Below the pieces are notes generated by a model that did no database searches, was not told the origin of the DNA, and saw nothing but the letters and a program-made list of their open reading frames with translations. The position numbers were made by a program, and so were the translations under genes. A stretch of DNA of 64,000 nucleotides from an uncultured Methanosarcinaceae archaeon. GTDB lineage: Archaea; Halobacteriota; Methanosarcinia; Methanosarcinales; Methanosarcinaceae. The stretch's first letter is position 1. Each line of letters opens with the position of its first letter. Shown piece by piece: positions 1 through 10,833 of the stretch. The stretch lies in contig CAVSHT010000004.1 in NCBI GenBank assembly GCA_963727895.1, forward strand, positions 1 to 64,000, in the 5' to 3' direction.

Positions 1-1396
<1,396 letters not shown>

Positions 1397-1865
1397 ATTA
1401 TGTCCCTAGCAAATATTTTTTGCAACGGAACCACTTGAAGCTATAAATATGGTTAATATAGAAATATTATTTTTGTAACGGAGCCATATGTTATAACTAA
1501 GCCTTATTCCAATTTATTAGATATTTGATTTATATATAATAGCACAATTAAAAGAACCCCAATAATAAGTATTCCAAATATAATTATAAGTTCGGTTGAG
1601 CCTATCATCGGTTTATCCTCATACTTTTGTTATCTGTGATAAAGATCTAATCCCAAAACCGTACTGAGACTATAAAATTTTCCGTTGGTTATCGATTAAG
1701 AAATTATTCTTTCTTAAAATCTCTTAGGACTCGTAACGAAATAACCTATGTAACATACAATTATCTTTGAAATAAATGGTTGAGATTGTTTGCAAAAATA
1801 CTTGAGTACAATATAAAAACATACCTAAGTTATTTCGTTGCGGGCACTTAGCGAAATCTCATGAA

Positions 1866-2090
1866 ATGGCGAGGAAGGAGGAAGAGATGATACCAGAAGC
1901 AATGAAAAAAAGTTTAGCAGAAGATCTTGGTATAAGTGTTGATGATGTGAAGATTTTCTTCGGTATAGCTGAAAAAATCCGAATTCGTCCAGGATTGAAT
2001 TCAGAAGACATGGAACCTGGTGAAAGTGAATTGTTACTGATGTGGACGAACGGAGAACTTGATGGTATACATGCAAAAAGTGGCAAATAA
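1866..2090 (+). CDS. small hypothetical protein
   Basis: Purine-rich GGAGG upstream of an internal ATG (MIPEAM...); acidic, protein-like composition; no family recognised. Confidence 0.45.
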   Translation: MARKEEEMIPEAMKKSLAEDLGISVDDVKIFFGIAEKIRIRPGLNSEDMEPGESELLLMWTNGELDGIHAKSGK

Positions 2091-2812
2091 TCAATCGAAA
2101 TTAATTTTTAGGCTCAGACTATAGTTTTTAGCACAAAATATTAACATATTTCAGACTGACTGCAGCAGGAAGGAAATACTGAGCTTAAAGCTCCAAAAAT
2201 ACAAACGTTTTAGGTCAAAAAGTTCGTATATCTGAACATCCTGCTAAATTAAATTTAGCATTAAAATACTGCTATCTTCAGGCATTTTATGTAAATAAAT
2301 ATATTTTAGAATGTAGCGTGAAAATTTAAAAGCGAAATTATTTTGGGATAAAACAGTGTATACAAACTGTATAAAAAGGTTCAAGAAGAATTAATTATTA
2401 TTTGTTTACATGGAACTTAAAGAAAAAATATTGATAAGTGCGTTTATAATAGCAATAATTGCTTTTTTGTCACATCTTCAATTGCAAAGGACAAGTTAAC
2501 AGAATATGAATCACCAAATATGGTTAATGCAAATACTTCAATTGGAGCAAGTACAATATCAACACAATCTATAATTATTGGAGTTCTACCTTCTGTATTT
2601 ATTGTGATGGGGGGGTTATAATATACCGTAATTGGCCTTAAAATTTTAAAATAATGTGGATAAGAAAACCGTATAATCAAATGTAGTAAAATCAATTATC
2701 CGTCTTCCAATTTTTTACTCCATACACAATCAGTATAAAACCAAATATTATAATAATTACTCCAATAAATTGATTAGTATAACCAATGCTTCCCCCAAGT
2801 ATTACTAAAAAA

Positions 2813-3668
2813 AGTTCCGTTGCAAAAAATATCTGCTAGGGATATACTAAAATAAAAATGAAATCAAAGATGGTGATATACTATCTAATTCCTTTAAATG
2901 GAAACACTTTGTAAGTGAAATTATCTTATTGAATGTGAGATGGTACTTAAAATACCCACTTAGCTATAGAAATTTAAAGGACATGATGGCAGAAAGGGGA
3001 GTAGAAGTTGATCACAGTACTATCATGAGATGGGTACATCAATATTCACCTGAAATAGAAAAGAAGGTCAGAAGACATTTAAGACCAACTAATAACTCTT
3101 GGAGAGTTGATGAGACTTACGTAAAAGTGAAAGGTGAATGGAAATATTTTTACCGAGCAGTTGACTCAAATGGAGATACAATTGATTTCGTGTTAAGTGC
3201 AAAACGAGACCAAGAAGCAGCGAACAGATTCTTCAAAAAAGCTTTGAACTCTAATCATAATCAAATTCCAAGAGTAATAACAGTTGACAAAAATCCAGCT
3301 TATCCACCTGCTATAGATAAACTGAAAAATGATAAAATACTACCTATAAACGTAGGCATTCGACAAATCAAGTATTTGAATAACATTATAGAACAAGATC
3401 ATAGATCCATTAAACGAATAGTTAATCTAATGTTAGGATTTCAGTCTTTTCGATCTGCCAACAAAACTTTAAAAGGAATTGAAGCTATGAATATGGTTAA
3501 AAAAGGACAAATCAAAAATTTTAATTATTCTGGTCTTAATGAAGCTAAATATATTAATCAATTATTTAGAATAGTTCTATAATATTGACACATTTTCTTA
3601 AATATTTGTACTTTTGTTTATTGATTATGGATTTACATGCTTATTCTGAGATTTTTTGCAAAGGAACC
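2813..3668 (+). mobile_element. IS6-family element; transposase start codon mutated
   Basis: TIR (G)GTTCCGTTGCAAAAA at both ends; DDE transposase motifs WRVDETY, ITVDKNP, NNIIEQDHR; ATG of other copies is ATA here. Confidence 0.95.
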
Positions 3669-3934
3669 GTTTTTCCACCTCAGTACAGAACTGTGAAGTA
3701 GTACCAATACAAAAAATTGATATTGACAACAATGAAACTCAATTGGGGTACATACCATGTTATCAGCTTCTTGCCCCTGAAGTGGACAGCCTTCTAACGC
3801 TTGAGCCTACTATTTCTTCAAGAACCATTGCCGAAAGACTTAACATAGGGAAGGATACGGCGCTAAAAGCCAAAAAATACATTAGAGATTCAAGAGCTTC
3901 CAGGTATCAAGAAAAAACGCCTGGATTAATATGA
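3669..3934 (+). pseudogene. C-terminal fragment of an HTH-containing backbone protein, truncated by IS6 (copy 1)
   Basis: SSRTIAERLNIGKDTALKAKK is HTH-like; homologous to 35738..36017; begins directly at the IS6 end. Confidence 0.6.
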
Positions 3935-4119
3935 ACTACTCTCTTCAAAATTTGTACTGTTATTTATTTTTCCAGAAATACACTTCTTTTTCGCAGACAA
4001 TCTTTAGACTGTTGATTTCATACAAACGATATGCGTACACTTCTTACAAACATTTACACCTATTATCTCATTTTTGTGTCTGCTCCAGTAAAACCAGTAT
4101 CAGAAGAAAAAAATGACTT

Positions 4120-4822
4120 GCTACTTATTATTAGCTAGACATGCGTCTGAGAAGACCAGACAGACAGACAAAACAAAAGTATGTTAGTATTCTGTTTTTG
4201 TCGCAAGAAGGGGAATTGCCAGCGACCAGCCAGTCAGCCAGAAGAACCGCTGCGATAAATAAGCACGTCTGCTTATAGTATTACAAATGTTTTCATATAT
4301 AGAATAATATATTATACAGTGTATCACCTAGGTATCAACTCAAACTCGGGAGTGCAAGTTTCACGCACTAACTTTTTATTGCACTCACCCTCCAGATAAA
4401 ACGCCTTTTCTTCGGGCACTCTCTCTGTTGGGGTTATAGTTTTCCCCAACAGGCAATCCTTGTTTTGAAATATTTTTAAAAACCTAGTTTTAAGGCTCTA
4501 GGATGGTTCTGAAAATATGGTAAGTTAATTGCTTACGGCTTAGGAGTTTGAGGCTCTACGGGCAAATTTGGAGCGTTGGTTTCATCCAATGAAATACTGT
4601 GACCGAATGTAACCAGGTAACGTATTTTGCAAGATTTATCTCAAAATAGATTTTTTTACTTTATTTTTAATAATTTTATTTTTATATATCATACACTAAC
4701 CATCTCAAATTTAGACTATTTTCAGTCAATACTTAACTTTAATCTTAGAAGACTTTTTCATTTATTATCAGGATTTCATGAGATCCTTGTTTTTGCTTTC
4801 AACCTTCTTTCTGGCTTGTCTG
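4120..4822. other. conserved non-coding block between convergent genes; candidate origin/cis-acting site (copy 1)
   Basis: Blocks shared with 36200-37080: CAGA repeats, CAGCCAGAAGAAC, TTTTAAGGCTCTAGGA...GGAGTTTGAGGCT, CAAGATTTATCTCAAAA. Function is inferred. Confidence 0.4.
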
Positions 4823-5530
4823 TTACGCAGTGACGGTTTGTTCCGGTCCTGAGAGCCAGGGGGAAAGTTCTTCATCTGGGATTTGTCTTGCGAAAATTAA
4901 TCTAAGTTCGTTTCTGCCATGATCTGCTTTATCGATGAATATATCATTAGTAGAACATCTTTTTTCAGCTGCCGTGAAAACATCTCGTTTTAGCTTTCTA
5001 ATATTCTTTGTAGACTCAGGCTGGAACTCTTCAGGCAGATAATTCTCAACGAATTTTTTAAAATCCCTTGAATCCATGATCCTGGAATCTATGTTTGCAA
5101 AAGGAGATGCAGCTTTAGGAAGCATGTCCTTATTGTTTTTCATATACTCAACAAGAAAATCAGCGCGAATTTCTGTGATATTTTTAGAAGGAGAAATTAG
5201 AGATCGATCAATAAGTTCAGGTTTTAATGTAGTGTTTATTTTAGAGACCATGTCGTTAAGCTTGGTTATTTGTTCAGGAATAGTAGATTCGTGGTCTTCA
5301 TCATCATAAGAAAAGTCATCAATTCCAAGAATAGTTTCAATTTCTGCAAGTCTTTGAATCGGCCTTATTTCCGAAGTTGCAAGATTAGCATTGAATTTTG
5401 TCTTAATTTCTTCCTGGAATTCAAGATCTTCATTAATTAGATATCTTGCAAAACCTTTCAGTGCCTCAATAAAACCTGGATCTGAAAAAAAGTGCATAAA
5501 CTCTTCAGGTACATAATCAGCGAGGCTCAT
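4823..5530 (-). CDS. conserved plasmid/provirus backbone protein, 235 aa (possible C-terminal winged helix), copy 1
   Basis: Intact ORF with GGAGG RBS; clearly homologous to 37081..37782 with many silent changes. Confidence 0.85.
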   Translation of the reverse strand: MSLADYVPEEFMHFFSDPGFIEALKGFARYLINEDLEFQEEIKTKFNANLATSEIRPIQRLAEIETILGIDDFSYDDEDHESTIPEQITKLNDMVSKINTTLKPELIDRSLISPSKNITEIRADFLVEYMKNNKDMLPKAASPFANIDSRIMDSRDFKKFVENYLPEEFQPESTKNIRKLKRDVFTAAEKRCSTNDIFIDKADHGRNELRLIFARQIPDEELSPWLSGPEQTVTA

Positions 5531-5613
5531 ATAAAGCCTCCTGAGGTCAAACTAGGGTCAAAAAACGGCACGAAAAGTATATAAGCAAAGCTGTACTTGT
5601 TATTATTGATCAT
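5527..5613 (-). CDS. 28-aa leader peptide MINNNKYSFAYILFVPFFDPSLTSGGFI, ATGA-coupled to the 235-aa gene
   Basis: GAGGAG RBS; its TGA overlaps the downstream ATG; same length, frame and overlap at 37779..37865. Confidence 0.7.
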   Translation of the reverse strand: MINNNKYSFAYILFVPFFDPSLTSGGFI

Positions 5614-5700
5614 GTCTTAGTTCTCCTCTATACAGGGGATCTGAGGTTACAAGGTCGAAGCTGTAACCTCAACTAATAATCTTTATTTGTTCTTTTTTGT
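5605..5700 (+). ncRNA. candidate cis-antisense RNA with two hairpins (copy 1)
   Basis: BRE/TATA GAAAAG-TATATAAG at 5572-5585; hairpins TCCTCT/AGGGGA and TGAGGTTACA/TGTAACCTCA (5642-5671); T-rich tail. Boundaries are estimated. Confidence 0.5.
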
Positions 5701-5835
5701 TATTATTATTCTGGTTCCGTCCGTGTCAATTTCTACCTTTTCTCCTTTTTGCAAGTCGAACTTGTCACGGAGAAATGCAGGCAGATACACAAATACTCGA
5801 TTTTTTTTATCTTTTAATATTGTCATCTCTGCCAT
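5683..5835 (-). CDS. AbrB/MazE/SpoVT-type DNA-binding protein, 50 aa (not in the ORF track)
   Basis: Manual translation: MAEMTILKDKKNRVFVYLPAFLRDKFDLQKGEKVEIDTDGTRIIITKKNK, with the typical 'V.LP..LR....L..G..V.I' pattern. Confidence 0.8.
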   Translation of the reverse strand: MAEMTILKDKKNRVFVYLPAFLRDKFDLQKGEKVEIDTDGTRIIITKKNK

Positions 5836-5970
5836 GCATAGACATATAGCTAGACACATATTTAATACTTTTTGTTTTATCAGTAGTTCCTTTTCTTTCT
5901 CTTCTTGTCATTTTACAATACCTACTCACTTTTGAGCGCAGCAAAAATAGTAGGAAAAGCAAAAACAAGT

Positions 5971-6237
5971 TTAAACAGGGATTCTCTGCCTCAAATGGAC
6001 TCTTCTCCATTCAGCTTCAATGTCTGCGGGAGTTGCAATCATTGATTCTTTACCAGGCCAAGTTATAACAAACAATTCTGGATTTTCACTGTACTGAATT
6101 CTTGCTCCATCTCTGAGCATTTGTTTGAAGATGCAATTTCTTCATTCTAGACAGGTCATTACTTGTGGTTTTTCAGTCATGTTCCGTATTCTATGCTGGA
6201 CTGCTATATTTTGTTTTTGAGATGTTCCCATTTTCAT
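5971..6237 (-). pseudogene. paralogue of 12050..12316 with an internal TGA
   Basis: Same 267-nt length and near-identical sequence; Trp codon changed to TGA at 6142-6144. Confidence 0.85.
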
Positions 6238-6253
6238 TTTGTTGCGCTCCTCT

Positions 6254-6320
6254 TTGTATCTGTCATACAATAAAAGAATTGCAAAGTATTTAAGTGTTTG
6301 CATCTATATGACAGATACAA
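6254..6320. promoter_or_regulatory. operator-like 14-bp perfect inverted repeat around an AT-rich promoter
   Basis: TTGTATCTGTCATA (6254-6267) / TATGACAGATACAA (6307-6320), with a nested TGCAAA/TTTGCA. Confidence 0.55.
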
Positions 6321-6331
6321 TATAGAAAAAA

Positions 6332-6550
6332 TTAATCAGGAATCTTTTTTAATTCCTCCTCATTAATCTCTACATATCCACATTTACAAAAAACATTCGG
6401 CTTAATAACTTCTCTTTTTCCTTCGGCGTTGGTAAATTTGGACTGAGCTACAGACATGTATCTGCCGCACTTTGGGCAAATCGGACGCGGCTTCTTACCC
6501 TTCCCTCTCCAATATGACATATGTGAAGGAGTGTTTTGTTTACGTTCCAT
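6332..6550 (-). CDS. small zinc-ribbon protein
   Basis: CPKCG ... FCKCG motifs and a basic N-terminus. Confidence 0.65.
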   Translation of the reverse strand: MERKQNTPSHMSYWRGKGKKPRPICPKCGRYMSVAQSKFTNAEGKREVIKPNVFCKCGYVEINEEELKKIPD

Positions 6551-6973
6551 GAACTTAAATTAGTGCACACTGTACTTATATATTTGTATCTATAGTACAT
6601 ACACAAGTTTCGACTAAACAGAATTGTTTTTGCTATCATTCTAAGCCATTTTAATACGTTTTTAGAACCTATGATAGGTACTCTCTATCACGGTTTCGCA
6701 GAAAACATCATAGAAGACAGGAGAATAAGAGGATATCAAAACCCATAAGTATAGAAATTATAGTTCAGTTGGAAGTATCATTGCTACTAGAATATGTCAA
6801 AAACATAACATTCCATTCAAGACAGTTGAGCATTATTTTGAGTCAAAAAATGATGCCTATATATGGATGGATGATTCAGAATCAGTTTGGTAAACGTAAC
6901 CTGAGTATGACAGATAGATCAGATCTAGCAAAAAAGCGTTACATTTTTTAGTTTTTATTTTGAATAAACTATA

Positions 6974-7630
6974 TTAAGAAAAATATTTCTTTTTAATTTT
7001 CATTTCTTTTTGATATTCAGTGTATGAATAAATGATCGTGAACCCTGAAACAAATAGTGCAGGTATAATTATAAAATAAACTGCAAACTCCTTGAAAAAA
7101 ACACCAAATATAGAAACTATTCCTGCAATCCTGAACAATTTTCCTCCAAGTCTGTTAGTCTTTCTCCAGACTGTGTCACTACTGAGAGTCCAGGGTGTTC
7201 TGATTCCTATAAACCAGTTTCTTTCTGCTTTTTCCATAAGAAAACCCACATAATAAAACAACATCCCTGTTCCTATAGGATACAAAACATTCGTGCTGAT
7301 CTTAGTTCCTGTATTCCAGAGCAAGCCTTGAAGATGAACAAGAACCATAAACAGGACAAGAACAATTATAAATCCGTCATAGTATTTCCTGAATTTTTCT
7401 ATGTTTTCCTTCAGTGGGTCAATTATGGGAATTGCTAGAAAAAGTATTGTAAGTAAAGTAATCACTATTGGAGTAAAAAAAAGCCCCCAGAGCTTTGACA
7501 TATAGCCGTTTACTTCTCCCTGAGCATTCCAGTGAGTTGCCATTATCTCAGGAGTCTGTGGGTAAAAATAAATTGATAAGAGATAGGAAAAAAGGGTTAA
7601 GCCTATTATTGCGATTGTACTTTTACGCAT
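6974..7630 (-). CDS. SdpI-family membrane protein (DUF1648 + SdpI)
   Basis: ATHWNAQGEVNGY, RNWFIGIRTPWTLSSDTVWRKTNRLGGK; multiple TM segments. Confidence 0.92.
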   Translation of the reverse strand: MRKSTIAIIGLTLFSYLLSIYFYPQTPEIMATHWNAQGEVNGYMSKLWGLFFTPIVITLLTILFLAIPIIDPLKENIEKFRKYYDGFIIVLVLFMVLVHLQGLLWNTGTKISTNVLYPIGTGMLFYYVGFLMEKAERNWFIGIRTPWTLSSDTVWRKTNRLGGKLFRIAGIVSIFGVFFKEFAVYFIIIPALFVSGFTIIYSYTEYQKEMKIKKKYFS

Positions 7631-7888
7631 ACAAATTACCTAGTCCTCCCAAATATTTAAAAATGGCTATTTTTTAACTTATGAGGTCTTCCTATATGTG
7701 GTTTCTGAGGAGATAGATAATGTTCTACGGATTTCCATAAAACGTTATTAATTTCATGAAATGACATATACGTAAATTTATTATTTCAACATAATATTAT
7801 TATTGGGATAGGCTCGATATCTAAAAAATAATGCTTTTTTAACTTATGTGAGTATATTATAACATAGTTTCAAAAAAGGTGGAAAACA

Positions 7889-8068
7889 ATGCTAGATGTT
7901 GAGAAACTTACAACCCCAGAACTTCTTATATTACATGAAGGACTGATTGATCTTTATTACCAAAGTCAAATTGGAGAATTTGAAAAAGAACAACAGGAAG
8001 CAATACAAAGGTTGAAAAATGAGTGTAGGCATGAAATTATAAAAAGAGGAGTAAATATTAAGGAGTAG
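7889..8068 (+). CDS. small hypothetical protein, 59 aa (MLDVEKLTTPELL...)
   Basis: AGGTGG RBS; followed by another RBS/ATG that IS1 cuts off; below the ORF-track cutoff. Confidence 0.5.
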   Translation: MLDVEKLTTPELLILHEGLIDLYYQSQIGEFEKEQQEAIQRLKNECRHEIIKRGVNIKE

Positions 8069-8117
8069 GTGTATGATTAACGTTGGTAGCTTTTTTGGTT
8101 ATGTTACAAAAAAATCA

Positions 8118-8718
8118 GGTGTTGATACTTAAACATAGTTATATACTATTAGAAAGTATATTTCTTCATGAACTGCCCCATATGCAATAGTTCCAGTCAC
8201 AAAAAGAACGGTATAGTTGGTGGGCTTCAACGCTACAAATGCCATGATTGTGGATATAACTATACAGTAGAGCTAAAATCAACTGCTTTTTCCGCCTCTG
8301 TTAAAAGACAGGCTTTACAACTTTACCTTGAAGGATTGGGCTTTCGTTCAATAGGAAGAGTTTTAGGGGTGAGTCATGTTTCTGTCCAAAAATGGATCAA
8401 GAAATTTGGTCAGGAGTTAGAGAACCTAAAAAGTGAAAGTGAGATATCTATTGTTGAAATGGATGAGATGCACACTTACATAGGTAACAAAAAAAATATT
8501 GCTGGATCTGGATTGCTGTTGATGGAGTTGGGAAAAAGTTCATCAACTGCTCTTTTGGCAGCAGAGGAACGGAAACTGGAAAACTACTCTGGGAAAAATT
8601 GAAGAAAAAAGACATTGGAGAAGTGATAACCGATCACTGGAGAGCATATGCAGAGTTTATTCCAGAAAAGAGTCATACTCAATCCAAACAAAAAAGTATA
8701 CTGTTGAAGGATATAACA
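8118..8718 (+). mobile_element. IS1-family element, 3'-truncated at an IS6-type end
   Basis: InsA zinc finger CPICNS...YKCHDCG + HTH; A-run frameshift site; InsB-like EMDEMHTY; stops at GGTTCTGTTGCAAAAA. Confidence 0.9.
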
Positions 8719-9254
8719 GGGTTCTGTTGCAAAAAATCTAGTGCCATGGCAATTTAATTATTGAGCATAATATTTAGTAGCTTCTTGTCAGAGCACAATG
8801 ATTCTGATCTTTATATGACCAATAACTAAATTTTCAAGACACTCGTTTATTTTGTTACAGTTACTAAGTATAACCAGTTCGATTTCAAGCATCTGTTCTA
8901 AAAGTTCACTTTTGATATAATCATACTGTAAGCCAATGTTAACAAGCCGTTTGTATGTGATATCATCTACATATGCAATGTTTAACCTTTTTAACACATT
9001 AGCTATCGCAGTTTCTATCGTTTTGTTTTCCAGTTTTCAATCCCCGATAATAACTATTTGTTGGTAATTATATATTTTATACTATGCGATATAAACGGGC
9101 AAAACTGATAAGTTCAAAAATTTCAAAATAAGCATGTAAATCTATGGACAATGAACAAAAGTCAAAATATTCAAGGAAAATGTATCAATATTACAGAACT
9201 ATTCCAAATAATTAATCGATTATTGGTATTGTAATAGCAGTTTTGTAAATCAGA

Positions 9255-9408
9255 ATTGCCTATGTGTTTCTTACTTTTTTAGCTCTTAACGAGATACGGT
9301 TATCGAAGGGAAAATATAGACCTTTAAAATATCAAGTCTCTAACTAACGATTTCTCAAAACCGTTACATAGTCTTTGGAATGGATATTAACAAAAACACA
9401 TAGGCAAT
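9255..9408. mobile_element. MITE with TIR ATTGCCTATGTGTTT
   Basis: TIR at both ends; related copies or remnants at ~22500-22600, ~48370-48513 and 58291-58399. Confidence 0.7.
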
Positions 9409-9822
9409 GTCAAGCGATGCGGGTAATTTTATACGAGTGAACAGAATTGTCTGAAAATTCCAGTTTAATTTGTCATTTTAGAAGGCTTGCCTAAATTTCA
9501 TTTTTCCACTTGAAATATAGGTAAAAATTGAAGTAGTATATGAACAGAGTATTACAAATTATTAATTATTTATTACTAATTATGTTAATGATCTGAAATG
9601 CAATTCCAACTGAAGTTTTCAGGATTTTGAGCTATTTTTGAGTTGGTGCATTTCCATTGCAATATTTTGATGAGTTTTAAAAATTGAGTCGTATCCATTT
9701 GAATGGCATCATCATAAGTTTGTAGTTTGTAGACTCAAAATAGACATAATTATTATCAACTTTAAAACAGTATAACTTAGTACACAACAAGTACAAAATT
9801 TAAAAAGAGGGAGGCGAGAAAG

Positions 9823-9954
9823 ATGTTTGAAAATCGATACGATATAGCTTATAAACTGTTAATAGCTACATTTCTCCTGATGGCTTTGTATTCAATAATG
9901 CATACAGGAGCAGCATCAGGTACAACTCTTATCGGCAGCAACTCAACAGTTTAA
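9823..9954 (+). CDS. 43-aa small membrane/secreted peptide
   Basis: GGGAGG RBS; MFENRYDIAYKLLIATFLLMALYSIMHTGAASGTTLIGSNSTV; downstream T-tract. Confidence 0.55.
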   Translation: MFENRYDIAYKLLIATFLLMALYSIMHTGAASGTTLIGSNSTV

Positions 9955-10257
9955 AAATATAGAATTTAACTTTGAATTACCTTTTTCCTTTTTTGTTTTG
10001 AACAGGCTGAACTTCCAGAAGGGTGCACATGCTTATTCTCAGCCTCTCTATTCACTTATTACTAAAGGGTATGATTTAGTTCAGATTTGTTTTTGAGGCG
10101 CTTAGATGGGCTTAGAACCGGGTCCATGTTTTGAACTCTGTTTTTTGCTATTCCATCTAACAATATGATTTTACAGAAACTGAGAAAAGAGAAATTGAAA
10201 ATCAGTATCTAACAATGGATCTACAAGTTATTAAAACTTTAGAAATCACTGCCAATA

Positions 10258-10515
10258 TTAAATAAATCCAATTCTGAAATAGTTCAATATAATTATTAAG
10301 ATTGCTCCGAAAATGCCCCCAAATGCGCAAATTATAACGGTAAGTAAGGTAATCGTGATTTTAAGTCCGAGTAAAAATTTTGTTGCAAGTAATGTTAAAA
10401 TTCCAAGTACTGCATTTATAGCAAGTTGAGTGCCTTCCCGAATGATTACATACAACACAAAAGCTATTAAAACTGCTAAAATCAACGTTGAAAATTCTAT
10501 AATTATAAACGCCAT
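10258..10515 (-). CDS. BofA-like (pro-sigmaK processing inhibitor family) small membrane protein
   Basis: LAINAVLGIL ... ITITLLTVIICAFGGIFGAILII pattern. Confidence 0.75.
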   Translation of the reverse strand: MAFIIIEFSTLILAVLIAFVLYVIIREGTQLAINAVLGILTLLATKFLLGLKITITLLTVIICAFGGIFGAILIIILNYFRIGFI

Positions 10516-10676
10516 AAGCTCATTTTTGGAATTTAATTATTTATATGTATCATTAGTATATATGTAACTTTCAGATATTAAAAAATATTTTTATCTGTGT
10601 TTTAACTCCTTATTTTCACAGAATGAAGCCATAATACATTGAGTGCTCAAGACATGAATATCTCAGATTAATAAGT

Positions 10677-10795
10677 TAGGACTTATGCACTTGAAGCACA
10701 AAACCAAGAGCATTAAACTCACAACCTAATAAACTTCAAATTTAAACTATGTAGTTTACTATATTTGATTTTGCATCCTGCGTGCGTGAGTCCTA
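10677..10795. mobile_element. MITE with TIR TAGGACTTA(C/T)GCA
   Basis: TAGGACTTATGCA...TGCGTGAGTCCTA; same TIR family as 11452 and 34221. Confidence 0.8.
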
Positions 10796-10833
10796 ACAAA
10801 ATCTGAAGAATTTAGTAGAATATTCAAAATTTA

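Noticed and set aside
3931..4116. Conserved small ORF (also 36014..36220)
   Set aside because: The two copies are in different frames after the first few codons; conservation is at the DNA level only.
5642..5671. GGTCGAAG loop as a tRNA T-arm or att site
   Set aside because: No remaining tRNA structure; the loop differs in copy 2; no integrase nearby.
8489..8602. insA/insB frame break in IS1 copies as a mutation
   Set aside because: The A-run is present in all copies that span it and matches the known programmed -1 frameshift of the IS1 family.
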